Shown in pieces: positions 62,863 through 64,000 of a stretch of DNA of 64,000 bases. Position 1 is the first letter of the stretch; every line of letters starts with the position of its first letter. A program made the translations under genes and the position numbers. Source of the DNA: Balanoglossus misakiensis. Its lineage: Eukaryota > Animalia > Hemichordata. The notes below the pieces were generated by a model. It was not told where the DNA came from. It searched no databases and worked only from the letters and a program-made list of their open reading frames with translations. The stretch is taken from contig CM082592.2 in assembly GCA_040954595.2 (NCBI GenBank), forward strand, positions 1,550,001 to 1,614,000, given 5' to 3'.

Positions 62863-63586
62863 GCTATACTTAAGACCCCTGAGGCTTGCCATAAAGGTAC
62901 TTTCAGATTATGATATTTGAAACCAGAAACTATAGAAAGGGTGATTTGCAAAGTATTTGTGGTCACCGAAATAGTTATGAATATAGAATAAAGGATAAAA
63001 AACAGTTTAACGTCTACAGTACAGCGGCATAACAAATCGATTGAGCATTTTGTGATACAAGCACCAAACTTGGCTCAGATGTGCATTAATGTGTACTAAA
63101 CAAATTCAGATAGCGAGCCACAATATCTGTTTTTGAGTTTCCATGGCAACCATTTTTTTCATTTTTTTTCAAAATGGCCGCCAATACAGATACTCTCACC
63201 AACAAAATAACAATTATAAAACTCCAAAATAAATTCATATTACAAAATTTGAAACAAGAAACTGCTCAAAGAGTAATTTTCAAAATTTTTATCATCACTT
63301 AACTAGTTAAAGGGGTAAATACAGGATCGAGATTCAGTCGCTAAAGAAATTCAAGTTTGGTAATAACCCCGATTACAACAAACTTAGTTAAAACACTGTA
63401 TAACCATAGGTATATTATAATAGTGACCTGGCATAAACAACATTTTCATAACATTTTGGCATTTTGTGATAAAAGTTTAACAAGTAAACCTCAGTTGATT
63501 CGTTAATTTCCCCATAAAAATATCTGTCATGAACAAAATTCCAAATTTAGTCAACCCAGGAAAAAACGGCATCTTGTTTCTCAACC

Positions 63587-63990
63587 TTATAAATTGATCT
63601 GACCAGTTTGAATCAGTGCAGAATCTAGCTTTTCTATTTTATCTTCATCAAATGATTCATGCAAATAAAGAATCACTTCCCCATAAAATGATGGCAGAAA
63701 GCCAGTATCATGACAGTCGATTGGTTTGTTAAAGTTACTATAGAAACTAACTATGTCTAGGTTGTATGTACATAGATAGATGTTAGGAATCAAAATCAAA
63801 ATCTGTTTCAAACTTTTCATCCAATACTTGTCCTCGGAAAGTGTTTTGATGAAGTCGCTTGAAGTGCTTTGTATTGCTCATGTTTTCGATAATTTTAATC
63901 GCACCTTGATGATAGTCAGCAGTTCTATTTTGACATGTTATTTTGTGTATTTTTGAACCCCCAAAATCAAAGAATAAAATGATAAAGTGA
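63587..63990 (-). pseudogene. Possible degenerate LINE ORF2 fragment
   Basis: Stop-interrupted frame with LPSFYGEVIL, resembling MPNFYRNVL of the LINE at 48488. Weak. Confidence 0.25.
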
Positions 63991-64000
63991 AAATAAGCTT

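Larger units (their letters stand above)
59334..62893. mobile_element. Palindromic non-autonomous IS3EU-type element
   Basis: TATGGCAAGCCTCAGGGG...CCCCTGAGGCTTGCCATA ends with a 6-bp TSD AAGGTA (59328-59333, 62894-62899). Arms are 59334-60341 and about 62137-62893. Confidence 0.85.

Noticed and set aside
59155-63200. LTR pair formed by the direct repeats at about 59155-59290 and 63045-63185
   Set aside because: No TG...CA ends, PBS or PPT. They look like diverged subrepeats of an older element into which the IS3EU element inserted.

Overview
Eukaryotic, intron-containing DNA, most likely from a marine invertebrate (inferred from the transposon families). It is almost entirely nested mobile elements, and I recognise no host gene. 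1-22266: a decayed Gypsy LTR retrotransposon, mostly present as a near-identical tandem duplication (copy A 1-8977, copy B 8978-19784). Its integrase ends in a PHD finger and is followed, before the polypurine tract, by an extra ORF ending in a TatD-family nuclease. A 127-bp satellite starts exactly at the predicted first base of its 3' LTR (22267) and runs to about 40899. The satellite is interrupted by a solo LTR and by an intact BEL/Pao retrotransposon in LTR-int-LTR-partial-int form. 40986-64000: three TATGG-ended IS3EU-type elements (two with 6-bp TSDs) and a complete ISL2EU-type transposon with two apparently intact spliced genes (THAP-DDE transposase and SWIM-YqaJ nuclease). Also here are a 5'-truncated LINE with TSD and several palindromic MITEs. 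All calls were made by eye from sequence motifs, with no database searches.
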